The position numbers and the translations under genes were made by a program. This document shows positions 25,387-35,082 of a DNA stretch of 64,000 nt, piece by piece. The notes under the pieces are model-generated. The model worked only from the letters and a program-made list of their open reading frames with translations, did not search any database and was not told the origin of the DNA. The stretch's first letter is position 1. Each line of letters opens with the position of its first letter. Origin of the DNA: a virus. The stretch lies in the IMG/VR virus record IMGVR_UViG_3300037882_001264, positions 38,810-102,809 of that record; one strand, given 5' to 3'.

Positions 25387-25499
25387 AGGTGACTGGAGAC
25401 CCTTCTCGGCTCACGCCCGATTGGTCCTGTCTAGGACCCGATCTTTCCAGTCACAATGTACCCCATCACTTGACAGATCGCCCAAGAGGGGGTAATGGG

Positions 25500-26162
25500 T
25501 CAGACGAGCGTGTCCTTCAGGCGCTGCCCGAGCAACTCGCAGGAGCCCACGATGGAGTCCGCCCGGCGACTCAGGAGGCTCAGGAAGATCGCGAAGTAGC
25601 GCTCGTCAGTCGAGTGCAGGCGGCCCGCCTGGGTGCGGTCCTCGACGGTCTTCTTGGCCGACTCGTCGTAGCCGATGGCCATGGCCTCTTCCCACTGAGC
25701 CTTGGCGAACATGGCCTCGCCCCAAAGGTCGGCGGCTGTCTGCTTCCACTCGAACAGGTTCGTCGTGATGCGGAAGAGGAAGTCCTCTTTCTCTCGCTCG
25801 GTCAGCACAGAGAAGTCCTCGACGTACCCACCCGTTGGGTGCCGCGCCCAGATGGGGAACCCGTAGCGGTCGACCTGGATGACGCCATCGCTGTCGGTGA
25901 CCTTGACGCGGACCACGTCGTAGATGTCGTTCATCAGAATGAAGGCGTCAGGGAAGAGGTGCAGGATCCTGCCGTCGACCACAGTGCGCAGTTGGCGGAT
26001 CTGTCCACTGTCGGAGGGGGTCCACTCGGTGCGCATCCGGGAGAAGGCGGGGGTGCGGAACTCCTTCGTACGGTCAGGAGTGATGTCGACCTCCATGGTG
26101 CTGTCTGCACCCTCCGTTGCTTCACGTACAGCGGCCTCGGCCTCGCGGGTGTGCTCAGACAT
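25500..26162 (-). CDS. Hypothetical helical protein (recombination cluster)
   Basis: 220 aa, coupled to the RuvC-like gene. Confidence 0.7.
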   Translation of the reverse strand: MSEHTREAEAAVREATEGADSTMEVDITPDRTKEFRTPAFSRMRTEWTPSDSGQIRQLRTVVDGRILHLFPDAFILMNDIYDVVRVKVTDSDGVIQVDRYGFPIWARHPTGGYVEDFSVLTEREKEDFLFRITTNLFEWKQTAADLWGEAMFAKAQWEEAMAIGYDESAKKTVEDRTQAGRLHSTDERYFAIFLSLLSRRADSIVGSCELLGQRLKDTLV

Positions 26163-26691
26163 CAGTCACTCCTCGTTCATCGATGATGTAGGTGTAGCCG
26201 AGCATGGCCGCGTCGGCGGTGTGCTCGTTCCAGGGCTTCAGTCCGTCCTCGGGGAGGAATGCGCTGACCGCTGCTTTGACCTCTGCCTTGGTTGCCTTCG
26301 GCCCGCCAGTCAAGACCTTCTTCGCATGCTGATTAGCGATGAGCACGGGCGGCTTCATCCCAAGGTCGGCGACCACAGTCTGAAGCACATAGCCAGCGAT
26401 CAGTGAGGATTCGGTTCGGTGGCCGTACGCTGCGGGCATCTCGTGCACGACACGAGTGATCGACTTGTAGCCGATCTCGCGGAGGAAGAAGTGGCGCAGG
26501 CTGGTGCGGAGAGCCTCTGCCCGAGCGTAGGTTGCGGCGAAGCCCTTCAGCCCGTCCTCTGGACGCTTGATCAGCCAGGTCTTGAGGATCGATGGGTCTC
26601 CCCCATCCTCGGCGAGAAGAGCCACCCCCGTATTCCCCAGCGTCTGGTCGAAAGCCAGGATGTACCGCGTCTGGCGGAAGTCTTCTTTCAC
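26155..26691 (-). CDS. ruvC: RuvC-like Holliday junction resolvase
   Basis: Start GTG 26691; ILAFDQTLGNTG, VVHEMP, KKVLTG..KATKAEV, EHTADA. Confidence 0.85.
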   Translation of the reverse strand: MKEDFRQTRYILAFDQTLGNTGVALLAEDGGDPSILKTWLIKRPEDGLKGFAATYARAEALRTSLRHFFLREIGYKSITRVVHEMPAAYGHRTESSLIAGYVLQTVVADLGMKPPVLIANQHAKKVLTGGPKATKAEVKAAVSAFLPEDGLKPWNEHTADAAMLGYTYIIDERGVTDV

Positions 26692-27536
26692 GAGATCTTC
26701 TTGATGAGGCAGTTGGTTGCGCCGCACTCGCGAGCCATCTTGCCGCGTGGCTTGCAGCCGTCGCAGGGCTCCTGAGGTACGACCCCTGCGGCGACGTGGT
26801 CGCGGACGCTCTTGTACTTGCGCTCGATTCCCATCGAGTACTCGATGTCGAAGGGGACGTGGAACTCGCGCATCTCCCACGGAGTGCCGACACCCTGGAA
26901 CAGCACGATGAAGTCGCGCAGCCCCGTCATCCGCATGTACTCCTGGTTCTGCGCGTAGTAGTAGGGCCACTTCGCCCTGTAGGCATCGGTGTCGAGGTCG
27001 TCCACCGTGCGCAGGGACGTCATGACGGAGGTCTTGTACTCGAAGCCGGTCTGCTCCTTGATGCGCGGGTGCACGAGGCCGTCCATGTGGCCACGGGACT
27101 TCAGGACCGGGTCGATGGCACCGTGCTCGGGGCACTTGCCCTTCCCCTTGCCGTGGGGGCGCTTGCAGTTGATGCAGTTGCCCTGCGGCCGGATGAGCAG
27201 ATCAGCGTCGAGCATCACGGTCTCCATGAAGTCGTGCATCATGGTGCCCATGGTCATCGAGATGCGGGACTCGACCGAGAAGGGCTCGGGGTTCCAGTTC
27301 TCGGGCTCCGTGAGGTAGTAGTACAACTGGCGCTCACCCATGGTGGGGTGCGTCGAGGGGTGGAACCATCCGTCGATGTGGCTCGCGTCCTGCTTGGCGT
27401 TGCTGCCACGGACGCGAGTGGTGAACTCAGGCCAGGTGCCCCCGTTCAACTTCGCTCGGACGAGCGGCTTGAGCAGCAGGTCTTTGCCTGCGCCCTCCGC
27501 GACCCGGCGGAAGTTCGGCGTCATCTTGGTCGTCAT
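26688..27536 (-). CDS. PD-(D/E)XK Cas4-like exonuclease
   Basis: FHPS, GTMMH, GHMDG, FEYKT, Q..EYM; C-terminal Cys cluster. Confidence 0.8.
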   Translation of the reverse strand: MTTKMTPNFRRVAEGAGKDLLLKPLVRAKLNGGTWPEFTTRVRGSNAKQDASHIDGWFHPSTHPTMGERQLYYYLTEPENWNPEPFSVESRISMTMGTMMHDFMETVMLDADLLIRPQGNCINCKRPHGKGKGKCPEHGAIDPVLKSRGHMDGLVHPRIKEQTGFEYKTSVMTSLRTVDDLDTDAYRAKWPYYYAQNQEYMRMTGLRDFIVLFQGVGTPWEMREFHVPFDIEYSMGIERKYKSVRDHVAAGVVPQEPCDGCKPRGKMARECGATNCLIKKIS

Positions 27537-27895
27537 CAGTTCCCCGTCGTGTTGCGATTGGCGGCTTCGAGGATCTCCGCGAAGTCATGTGCGTCGACCA
27601 CCACGAGGTCTCTGGTGACCTCTAGGCGCTCGTTGTCGTACCAGCGAAGCGCGAGCATGGGGCGCTCGCCATGAGCCTGCTCGCGGGCCTTGTCCCACAT
27701 AGCGAGGGAGACACCCACAGACTTGCCCAGCGTGCTCTTGCCGTCCCACGCGAAGGCGTAGGTGACCTGCTTGCTGCTCTGGCGTCCATCCATGGGGTTG
27801 TGCCACTGGTTGCCCGAGCCGCGCGTCTGCCTGCCACCGAGGAGCGCCACGAGGAAGTCCTCATGGGCGTCGCCCATCTTCTTGTTGAGGCTCAC
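27536..27895 (-). CDS. Small PD-(D/E)XK endonuclease / Hjc-like resolvase
   Basis: G..HE, GSGN...MDG, WDGKST motifs. Confidence 0.7.
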   Translation of the reverse strand: MSLNKKMGDAHEDFLVALLGGRQTRGSGNQWHNPMDGRQSSKQVTYAFAWDGKSTLGKSVGVSLAMWDKAREQAHGERPMLALRWYDNERLEVTRDLVVVDAHDFAEILEAANRNTTGN

Positions 27896-28227
27896 TCGGT
27901 TGCCACGTTCTCCCGCACGCCGTCCTCACAGAAGACGATCGTGGTGGTCCCGGTCGGCCAGAAGAGCACGGTGTCTCCGTCAGCGAGTGGGCGCTGGTGG
28001 CAATCGCAGGAGCGGGTGTACCCGTTCTTCGGCCGGAAGGTCAGGAACCGAGGGAGGTCGTCGGGATCGGTCGGCAGTGCATCTTGGCTGACCTGCTCCG
28101 ACGTCATGACCGCGACCTCCTTGCGCTTGCGGAAGGCGTGGTAGGCAGACCTGGCGATGATCAGGGCGCCGATGAGCGCCACGGCGATCGTGAGGCCGAC
28201 CACCACACCCACGAGCAGTTCATTCAT
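27892..28227 (-). CDS. Membrane-anchored hypothetical protein
   Basis: Probable start ATG 28227; N-terminal TM; CDCH...FCE. Confidence 0.65.
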   Translation of the reverse strand: MNELLVGVVVGLTIAVALIGALIIARSAYHAFRKRKEVAVMTSEQVSQDALPTDPDDLPRFLTFRPKNGYTRSCDCHQRPLADGDTVLFWPTGTTTIVFCEDGVRENVATE

Positions 28228-29320
28228 CGTTGTCAGCCTCCTCGAACTCCGTTTCGACATCCGTGATCACGTCGTGCGAGACGGATGCAACAGCCGCGTC
28301 TCGTACTGCAAACATTTCGTCGCGGTTCTCGCGGAAGTACGCCTTCACTGCGTCGCCGCCCTGGAAGCGCTCGCCGTTCGGCAACGTGTACCAGGCTCCC
28401 GCTCGCGCGATGACCTCGGTCAACTTGCCGATCTCGAAGGCCTCGTCAGCGACGTCGATCCCGATCGGGCCGTACTGCTCGGTGGCCTGATTGATGATCC
28501 AGAACGTGCCTGAGCGCCCCTGAGCGGAGACCTTGGATCGGCTCACCTTGGTCTTGGCCTGAACGCCGACGATCTCCTCGTTGTCGCCAGAGCCAACCTT
28601 CAGTGGGGGCTCCCCGGTACGGCGGACGTCGATCTTCATCGAGGTAGCGTACTTGAGCGCCTTCGGCCCAGCGGAGACGTCTGCCCCGGGGTTCGCGAGG
28701 TTCGCGCGGTACTGGTTGATGAGGATGACGGCCACGTTCTCGGCCCGAGCCACGGCAGCGCACTTCTTGACCATGCGGGTGATGACCTGGGCGTTACGCC
28801 CCATGACCTGCTCTTCAGCCTCCTTGTTGAAGGCCTGCTTCGACTCCATGCCGCCGATCGAGTCGACAACGATCTCGGAGAAGAGCCCCGTCCGCATCAT
28901 CTGGCTCAACTGGTCCGAGACGTCCTCGGCGTTGTCAGGGTAGACGTGCATGAACCGATCATCACTGGTGTCCAGCCCGAGCGCCGCAGCCCACCCCCAG
29001 TCAAAGGTCTGCTCCATGTCGATATAGCCGACGGCCTCGTCCGGGTACTTGCGCTGCGCCTCCACCATCGAGCAGATGGAGAGGGTCGTCTTGCCAGCGC
29101 CCTCGACTCCAGCGACCTCAGTGATGCGGCCCCGGACAAACCCACCGACCTTCGTAGCGAGGTCGAGGGAGAGCGAGCCGGTGGAGATGACCTCGTAGGG
29201 CTTCACGCTGTCACGCCGAGTCACCCGGCCCTCGCCGAACTTCTTGGTCATGTCGGCACGCAGCGCGGCCAACGAGGTCGGCTTCTTGTAGACGGCGGGC
29301 TTCTTTGCAACTCTAGCCAT
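28220..29320 (-). CDS. recA: RecA-like recombinase
   Basis: ISTGSLSLDLA, GRITEVAGVEGAGKTTL, VVDSIG, ILINQYR, ALKYA; start ATG 29320. Confidence 0.95.
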   Translation of the reverse strand: MARVAKKPAVYKKPTSLAALRADMTKKFGEGRVTRRDSVKPYEVISTGSLSLDLATKVGGFVRGRITEVAGVEGAGKTTLSICSMVEAQRKYPDEAVGYIDMEQTFDWGWAAALGLDTSDDRFMHVYPDNAEDVSDQLSQMMRTGLFSEIVVDSIGGMESKQAFNKEAEEQVMGRNAQVITRMVKKCAAVARAENVAVILINQYRANLANPGADVSAGPKALKYATSMKIDVRRTGEPPLKVGSGDNEEIVGVQAKTKVSRSKVSAQGRSGTFWIINQATEQYGPIGIDVADEAFEIGKLTEVIARAGAWYTLPNGERFQGGDAVKAYFRENRDEMFAVRDAAVASVSHDVITDVETEFEEADNDE

Positions 29321-32300
29321 TGAGGCTACTCCTGTTCTCAGCAGTGACTGGCATGGCAGCCAGCATGTTCGCGCCACGGGAGTTCTTCTCGATCTCCATG
29401 ACGTACAACTCTCCCGGGCGCATGGTGTCCCGGAACTTCACCCACTTCTTGTTGAAGATGACGAAGTCGATGGTCTCCCCTTCGGTCTCGATCGTGCAGA
29501 AGGCCATCTCCTGACCGGAGTTGGTCACCTTGGCCGAGACCCTGGTGACGATGCCACCGATGACGAACGACCCAGCCTCAGCGACCGCAGCCCGCTCCGC
29601 CTCTTCGCGCAACAGCGTGCGGTGCTGATCCTCGAACTCCTCGAACGGGCTGACGGTGAGGTAGACACCGAGCATGGACTGCTCGATCTCCATGACCTCA
29701 GCATCGCTGTATCGATCGTCCGAGTCAAGCCTGCGGGGCTCGGGGGCGGTGTAGTTGCGGCATGCCTTCGTGCACTTCTTCGGCGGGGCCTTCTTCTTCA
29801 GGGTCTTGCCGTTGCGCGGGTTGATCGGCGCGGGCTCGGCATCCCAGTCGAAGTGGCAGGGGAGGTCGTGCTTGTTGTTGAAGGCCGGATCCTTGAAGAT
29901 GCACTGGGTCGCGACCCCGCTCTTCTCCTCCGCCAGCCGCAGAACGAGCGCCTTACGGTTCGGCACCAGGCCATCGAAGGCCCCGATCTTCGCGAGCAGC
30001 GCGACCACGCCAGAGTTGACGGCGGAGGTCTTGCGCTCCAGGAAGTCCTCCCACGAGGTGAAGGGCTGCTGAGCGATGATCGCGTTGACGGCAGAGTCAC
30101 CCACGCCCTTGACCGAGGTGAGCCCGTAGCGGACCTCTCCATCGCCCGGGGTGAAGCCAGCCTGCGAACGGTTGATGTCCGGCGGGAGGATCGCGATTCC
30201 CATGCGACGGGCCTCGCTGACGAACTCGGGGATGCGCCCCTTGTCGACCGTCGAGAGGATCGCGTTCATGAACTCGACCGGGTAGTTGATCTTGAACCAG
30301 CCGCACCAGTACATGATCATCGCGTAGCCCCAGGCGTGCGCCCGGTTGAACGAGTACTTGGCGAACTCGGCCATCTGCGCCCAGAGGGCGGCGGCGTCAC
30401 GCTCTGCCATGCCACGCTCGACTGCGGACTGGACGAACTCTCGGCCTGCGGCCTCGACCTTCTCGACCTGCTTCTTGCCGAGGATCTTGCGAACCTCGTC
30501 GGCCTTGGTCGAGTCGTAGCCACCGAGCACCATGCAGGTAGCCATGATGTCTTCCTGGTACAGCAGGGTGCCGAAGGTCTTGCCCAGGAACTCCTCCAGG
30601 CGCGGGTCGGGGAAGGACACGGCCTCGGCCCCGCTACGTCGCGCGAGGTAGATGTTATCCAGGCCGGACAGGCGCGGGCCAGGACGCACGATGGTGATGA
30701 GGTCTGCACCCTCGCTGAGGCTCAGTGGCCTCATGCGCTTGGACATGCGCGTGCCGGTGGGGGTCTCGATCTGGAAGAGCCCCTTCGTGTGGCCCAGCCC
30801 GATCTCCTTCCACACCTCCTCGTCGGCGTACATCGAAGCATCCCACGAGTCGGGATCGATGATCTCGCCGGTCTTCGCCTGGATGAGGTCGATCGTGTCC
30901 TGGAGCGTGTCGAGGTTGCGGATCGTCAGGAGGTCGAACTTGACGTAGCCCAACTTCTCCAGCGTGGCCAGGTCGAACTCGGCGATCATCTGACCGTCCT
31001 CGCCACGGCGCAAGGGGAGGCTCTCGTAGAGGTTCTCGTCCGGCGAGATGACGACACCGGCAGCGTGCCTGCCGTAAGACTTCAGGCGGCCGACCAACTG
31101 GTCTGCCATCTCGAAGAGTTCTGGGTACTTGTCCCGGTAGGGCTGGAGCGTCTCGCCGTGCTCGTCCCACAGGCTCTCCCAGGGGAGGCCCAGACCTGCC
31201 GTGCTGGCCTCTGCCTCCTTGACGAACTTCGAGAAGGCCTCGATGTCGGGGTAGTAGTCCAGCGGGAGTCGACTGCTGATGGCGCGAGCAACGTCCTTGA
31301 CGACACCCTTCGTCTTCAGCCGCGTGTGCGTGCCGACCCGGACGACGTGCTCAGGGCCGTAGCGCTGCTCGATGTAGTGGGTGATCCACTCGCGCTTGGT
31401 CGAGGGGAAGTCGACGTCGAAGTCCGGAAGACTCGTGCGCCCCTCGGTCAGGAAGCGCTCGAAGAGGAGGTCTGCCTCCACCGGGTCGATGCCAGTGATG
31501 CCCGCGAGGTAGGCAACGAGCGACCCGCCACCAGAGCCACGGCCGGGACCGACCAGGATGCCCTCGGCGCGCGCTGCACCAACGTAGTCGGCAACCATGA
31601 GGAAGTAGCCACAGAACTTCTTGTCCCGCAGCATCTTGAACTCACGCTCGAAGCGAGCGATGGCTGTGGCCTGGTCGTAGTTCTTGCCGGTGGTCTTGCG
31701 CTCCCAGTTCGAGAGGCAGAGTTCGAGCAGGCGGTCAGCGTCACGCTCATACCCGCCGGAGCGAGAGAAGATCGGCATGACAGTCTTGCCCTGGAGTCGC
31801 GCCGTGCACCGGTTCGCGATCACGGCAGTGTTGCTCACGGCGGCATCCACGATATCAGCACCGAGGTAGGCGAGGTTGGCCCGCACCTCCTCTTCGCTCT
31901 GGATGTAGAGGTCGAGATCCTCGGCGAATAGGTCGCCCTCATCCTGGACGTCGCTGTTGGTCTGGCAGGCGATCCAGACCTTGTGCGCGTCGGTGAAGGC
32001 CTTCGTCGGGTAGTGCGAGTCGACCACCGCGACGAGGGGCAACTGGTAGTCGCTGGACATCTTGATCAGCGCCTCGTTGACCTTGCGCTGCTTGTCGAGC
32101 CCATTGGTGTGGATCTCAAGGAAGAGGTTGTCAGCGCCGAAGATCTCCAGCAACTTGCCGAGGTTGGCCTGGGCCTGAATGGGGTTGTCCTTGACAATCT
32201 CGTCAGCGACAGGGCCACGGAGGCAGCCAGTAGAGGCGATGACGCCCTCACTGTGACGACGCAGCGTGTCCCAGTCCATGCGCGGCTTGTAGTAGAAGCC

Positions 32301-33059
32301 GTCGCGCTGAGACTCAGTGGTCATCGCCCAGATGTTCCTGAGCCCGGTCTCGTTCTCGGCCCACAGCACGAGGTGGTAGTAGCCGTTCTTGAGGTACTGG
32401 ACCGTAGCCGTGTGCTCAGCCAGCGCGGCCTCGTACTCCTCTTTCGTCTCGAAGTCCGATGAGTTGGGGCTTTCTCCGGGGCGCGCGATCCGATCGTTGA
32501 CCAGGTATGCCTCGATGCCGAAGATCGGCTTGATCCCGGCAGCGTCTGCGGCGATCTGAAAGTCAGGGTGACCGGCACAGGTGCCGTGGTCGGTGATGGC
32601 CACAGCCTGCTGCCCGTGCCGCGACACCTCGGTCATGATCTCGTCGACATTCGAGAGACCATCGAGCGGGCTGTACTCAGCGTGGGTGTGGAGGTGGACG
32701 AAGCCGCTCACGGGGCCCTCAGGCGCCTCCTGCGCCTCCTGGGGGGTGCTGTCGAAGAGTTCTGGGTAGGAGGGGAAGTGGCCAAAGGCCTTCCACTCAG
32801 AGTCCGCGAGGCTGTAGCCAAAGGAGGTCTCAGTGCGTCGCTCCATGAAGCGCTCAGCGAGGATCGCTGCGAAGGTTCGCCCATCGTGGGCCACGATTGC
32901 AGCGGCGCCAGATCCGTAGGCCTGAGCCCAGACGTTCGGGGTAGGGGCTACCGGCTCCCAGAGGAGCAGCCAGCGCATGCCGTCGTCATCCTGCACGAGC
33001 ATGGGGCGCTTCTCGTCCTCGGGGTCACCGTAGAACGCGACAGTGTTGACCTCGGCCAT
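29313..33059 (-). CDS. dnaE: DNA polymerase III alpha subunit
   Basis: PHP domain FVHLHTHAEYS.LDG/ITDHG; GPGRGSGGGSLVAY, PDFDVDF, HAAGVVI, KFDLL and YSFNRAHA; C-terminal OB fold. Confidence 0.97.
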   Translation of the reverse strand: MAEVNTVAFYGDPEDEKRPMLVQDDDGMRWLLLWEPVAPTPNVWAQAYGSGAAAIVAHDGRTFAAILAERFMERRTETSFGYSLADSEWKAFGHFPSYPELFDSTPQEAQEAPEGPVSGFVHLHTHAEYSPLDGLSNVDEIMTEVSRHGQQAVAITDHGTCAGHPDFQIAADAAGIKPIFGIEAYLVNDRIARPGESPNSSDFETKEEYEAALAEHTATVQYLKNGYYHLVLWAENETGLRNIWAMTTESQRDGFYYKPRMDWDTLRRHSEGVIASTGCLRGPVADEIVKDNPIQAQANLGKLLEIFGADNLFLEIHTNGLDKQRKVNEALIKMSSDYQLPLVAVVDSHYPTKAFTDAHKVWIACQTNSDVQDEGDLFAEDLDLYIQSEEEVRANLAYLGADIVDAAVSNTAVIANRCTARLQGKTVMPIFSRSGGYERDADRLLELCLSNWERKTTGKNYDQATAIARFEREFKMLRDKKFCGYFLMVADYVGAARAEGILVGPGRGSGGGSLVAYLAGITGIDPVEADLLFERFLTEGRTSLPDFDVDFPSTKREWITHYIEQRYGPEHVVRVGTHTRLKTKGVVKDVARAISSRLPLDYYPDIEAFSKFVKEAEASTAGLGLPWESLWDEHGETLQPYRDKYPELFEMADQLVGRLKSYGRHAAGVVISPDENLYESLPLRRGEDGQMIAEFDLATLEKLGYVKFDLLTIRNLDTLQDTIDLIQAKTGEIIDPDSWDASMYADEEVWKEIGLGHTKGLFQIETPTGTRMSKRMRPLSLSEGADLITIVRPGPRLSGLDNIYLARRSGAEAVSFPDPRLEEFLGKTFGTLLYQEDIMATCMVLGGYDSTKADEVRKILGKKQVEKVEAAGREFVQSAVERGMAERDAAALWAQMAEFAKYSFNRAHAWGYAMIMYWCGWFKINYPVEFMNAILSTVDKGRIPEFVSEARRMGIAILPPDINRSQAGFTPGDGEVRYGLTSVKGVGDSAVNAIIAQQPFTSWEDFLERKTSAVNSGVVALLAKIGAFDGLVPNRKALVLRLAEEKSGVATQCIFKDPAFNNKHDLPCHFDWDAEPAPINPRNGKTLKKKAPPKKCTKACRNYTAPEPRRLDSDDRYSDAEVMEIEQSMLGVYLTVSPFEEFEDQHRTLLREEAERAAVAEAGSFVIGGIVTRVSAKVTNSGQEMAFCTIETEGETIDFVIFNKKWVKFRDTMRPGELYVMEIEKNSRGANMLAAMPVTAENRSSLNG

Positions 33060-33104
33060 GATCTCACTTCTCTTCAGGGGGCTTCATCAGTGGTGGTGCT
33101 AGGT

Positions 33105-33141
33105 GGTCGCCCGACCGGGTATCTAATCCGGCCGGGCGACC
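33105..33141 (-). terminator. 14-bp hairpin between SSB and dnaE whose apex is GGAUUAGAUACCC
   Basis: GGTCGCCCGGCCGG-ATTAGATAC-CCGGTCGGGCGACC (one G-U pair), just after the SSB stop. Confidence 0.55.
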
Positions 33142-33146
33142 TTCGA

Positions 33147-34163
33147 TCAGTCGTCGAGCGCGCCGACGCCAACCGGGACCTTGGCTGCCTCAGCCGGAGC
33201 GGAGGGCTGGTCGCTGTACCCCTGGAGGCGACTACGCATCGCCTTGAGGGCATCCTCGTCGACATCGTTCGACGGGGCTGCGGCCTGCTGTGCCACCGGA
33301 GCCGCCGTGGACGCAGCCTGGGTCGCAGGCTTGTTGTCCGCAGCGGACGCGAGACTCGGGTCGAAGAAGCGACCGTAGTACTCGTCCGAGGCGCGATCCA
33401 TGAGGATCTTCTCCAGGTCGAGGTTCTGTGCCTTCACGGCCTCCTCGTACCGAGCCCAACCCTGGCTACCAGGACGCAACTTGGTCTGCTCCTGGGGCAG
33501 GAAGGAGTACGAGGTGTCCTTGAGGACGCCCTTGCGACGGACCAGGAAGTCGTAGTCCCGGATGTCGCCCGCGATGTCCAGAGACAGAGTCTCCAGGGGC
33601 TCGAAGAAGGTCGAGTAGGCCTGGTTGATCACAACGATCGCGATCTCCTGGGTCACCTCGCCCGTGGGCTTGCCGTCCTCGCCGCGAACCTCGACCTCAC
33701 GGAGAGCGTCGGTGAGGCCAACGACCTTACCTTCCATCTCCGGGCCGCCGAGTTCCGGGGAACCGTCGCCGATGACCTGCTCACGAAGAACACCGAGCAT
33801 CCAGACGCGCGGCTTGGCCTTGGTGGGCTTGCCGTAGGAGTCGGTGTTCTCACTGGCGTGATCGCAGTTGTAGCACGAGTGGAAGATGCCGCTGAAGGCT
33901 TCATCGTTCCGACAGATGCTCGGCATGCTCTTCGGCCAGTTGCCGGTGTAGTCGGCGGGCTTGTTGACGGTCGGGACGCCCATGTGCTGCTTGACGTTGA
34001 TCCAACCCTCGGGGCCCTCGGTCGAGGCGAGGGGGCGCAGGAAGCACCGCTCACCGTCGTCGAGGGAGAAGTAGTGCGTCTTGGCGAACTTGCTACCGCC
34101 AGCAGCCTCTGCTGCGGCTTGTGAGGCCTTGGCCCCACGGGCGAAACCTGATGGTGCGGTCAT
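33147..34163 (-). CDS. Single-stranded DNA-binding protein (gp32-like)
   Basis: YFSLDDGE...LRPL, QH, CR...CYNC, DFLVRRKG..KDTSY; acidic C-terminus; adjacent to dnaE. Confidence 0.7.
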   Translation of the reverse strand: MTAPSGFARGAKASQAAAEAAGGSKFAKTHYFSLDDGERCFLRPLASTEGPEGWINVKQHMGVPTVNKPADYTGNWPKSMPSICRNDEAFSGIFHSCYNCDHASENTDSYGKPTKAKPRVWMLGVLREQVIGDGSPELGGPEMEGKVVGLTDALREVEVRGEDGKPTGEVTQEIAIVVINQAYSTFFEPLETLSLDIAGDIRDYDFLVRRKGVLKDTSYSFLPQEQTKLRPGSQGWARYEEAVKAQNLDLEKILMDRASDEYYGRFFDPSLASAADNKPATQAASTAAPVAQQAAAPSNDVDEDALKAMRSRLQGYSDQPSAPAEAAKVPVGVGALDD

Positions 34164-34177
34164 TGCCGTAACCTCTT

Positions 34178-35080
34178 TCAGGAGGAGTCAGTTCCCAGAG
34201 CCGCTCGGCTCAGTTGGGACAGTGCTGCGAGGGCGTGGGCCTGGGTAGGCTTGACCCTCTCGTTCAGGAACGCTACGTGAGCATCCCCGACCGTCGTGAC
34301 GGACCAGTCCGGTACGTCACTGCCTCCACGATACCCGACGGCGAACCGTAGAACAACCCGGCCCGCGACGGCTTCTCGGTGGAGAAGTTCTTGCCACTCT
34401 TGAAGGCGATCCTCCTCGGGAGAGATGGAGCGCCAGAGGTAGTACGAGTACTCCCACGGGTCAGCGTACCCCGCCGGTTCCTCGGTTCCATACTGACTGG
34501 TGGGGTCCTCGTTGTCAACCCGATCGTCAGTTTCCTCGTCCTCGATCTTGAGACCCATCTCGTCGAGCACCTCGCGGGCGGTGACCTTCTCGCCCTCCGC
34601 GTTGCGTCGATCTGCTTCGCGCTGGGCCGCACGCTTGAAGCCGTCCTGCACGTAGCGGTCCATGTAGGGCTGACCGAGCGGGGTGCAGTCGTACTCGCGG
34701 CGAGTCTCTGCGTTGAGCAACTGCCCCATGATGTAGGTGAGGCGATCGGAGGAGTGGCCGTCCAGCCGCTGGAACGCCAGGCGCAACTCCTTGCGCGTCG
34801 CGTTGGTCGGTACACCCAGGTCGCGGTAGTAGCCGTTGACATCCCAGATGACCTCGGGGACCCTGGCCAGCGAGGTGCAGGTCGACACGGTGTCAGGGCC
34901 CATGCCGAACCGGACGGGCTTGAGCGTGCTCGACAGCGAGAGGATGTGAGACTCGTGCTGGTGGCTGGGCGCGTCGTTGATGACAACTGCACCACGGGGC
35001 AGCACTGGACCGCCCCCATCGAAGAAGGGCTCATAGTCAGCGATGAAGTCACTGAGGTCTAGGTCGGGGGCAAAGCCCAC
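34178..35080 (-). CDS. J-domain-like protein (no HPD motif)
   Basis: YYRDLGV..NATRKELRLAF...LLNAETRREYD. Confidence 0.65.
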   Translation of the reverse strand: MGFAPDLDLSDFIADYEPFFDGGGPVLPRGAVVINDAPSHQHESHILSLSSTLKPVRFGMGPDTVSTCTSLARVPEVIWDVNGYYRDLGVPTNATRKELRLAFQRLDGHSSDRLTYIMGQLLNAETRREYDCTPLGQPYMDRYVQDGFKRAAQREADRRNAEGEKVTAREVLDEMGLKIEDEETDDRVDNEDPTSQYGTEEPAGYADPWEYSYYLWRSISPEEDRLQEWQELLHREAVAGRVVLRFAVGYRGGSDVPDWSVTTVGDAHVAFLNERVKPTQAHALAALSQLSRAALGTDSS

Positions 35081-35082
35081 GG

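Noticed and set aside
26688-27536. CRISPR-associated Cas4
   Set aside because: No array or other cas genes; it lies in a recombination cluster typical of solo phage Cas4-like nucleases.
33117-33129. 16S rRNA gene fragment or contamination
   Set aside because: Only 13 nt match; the flanks are a phage hairpin between intact phage genes.
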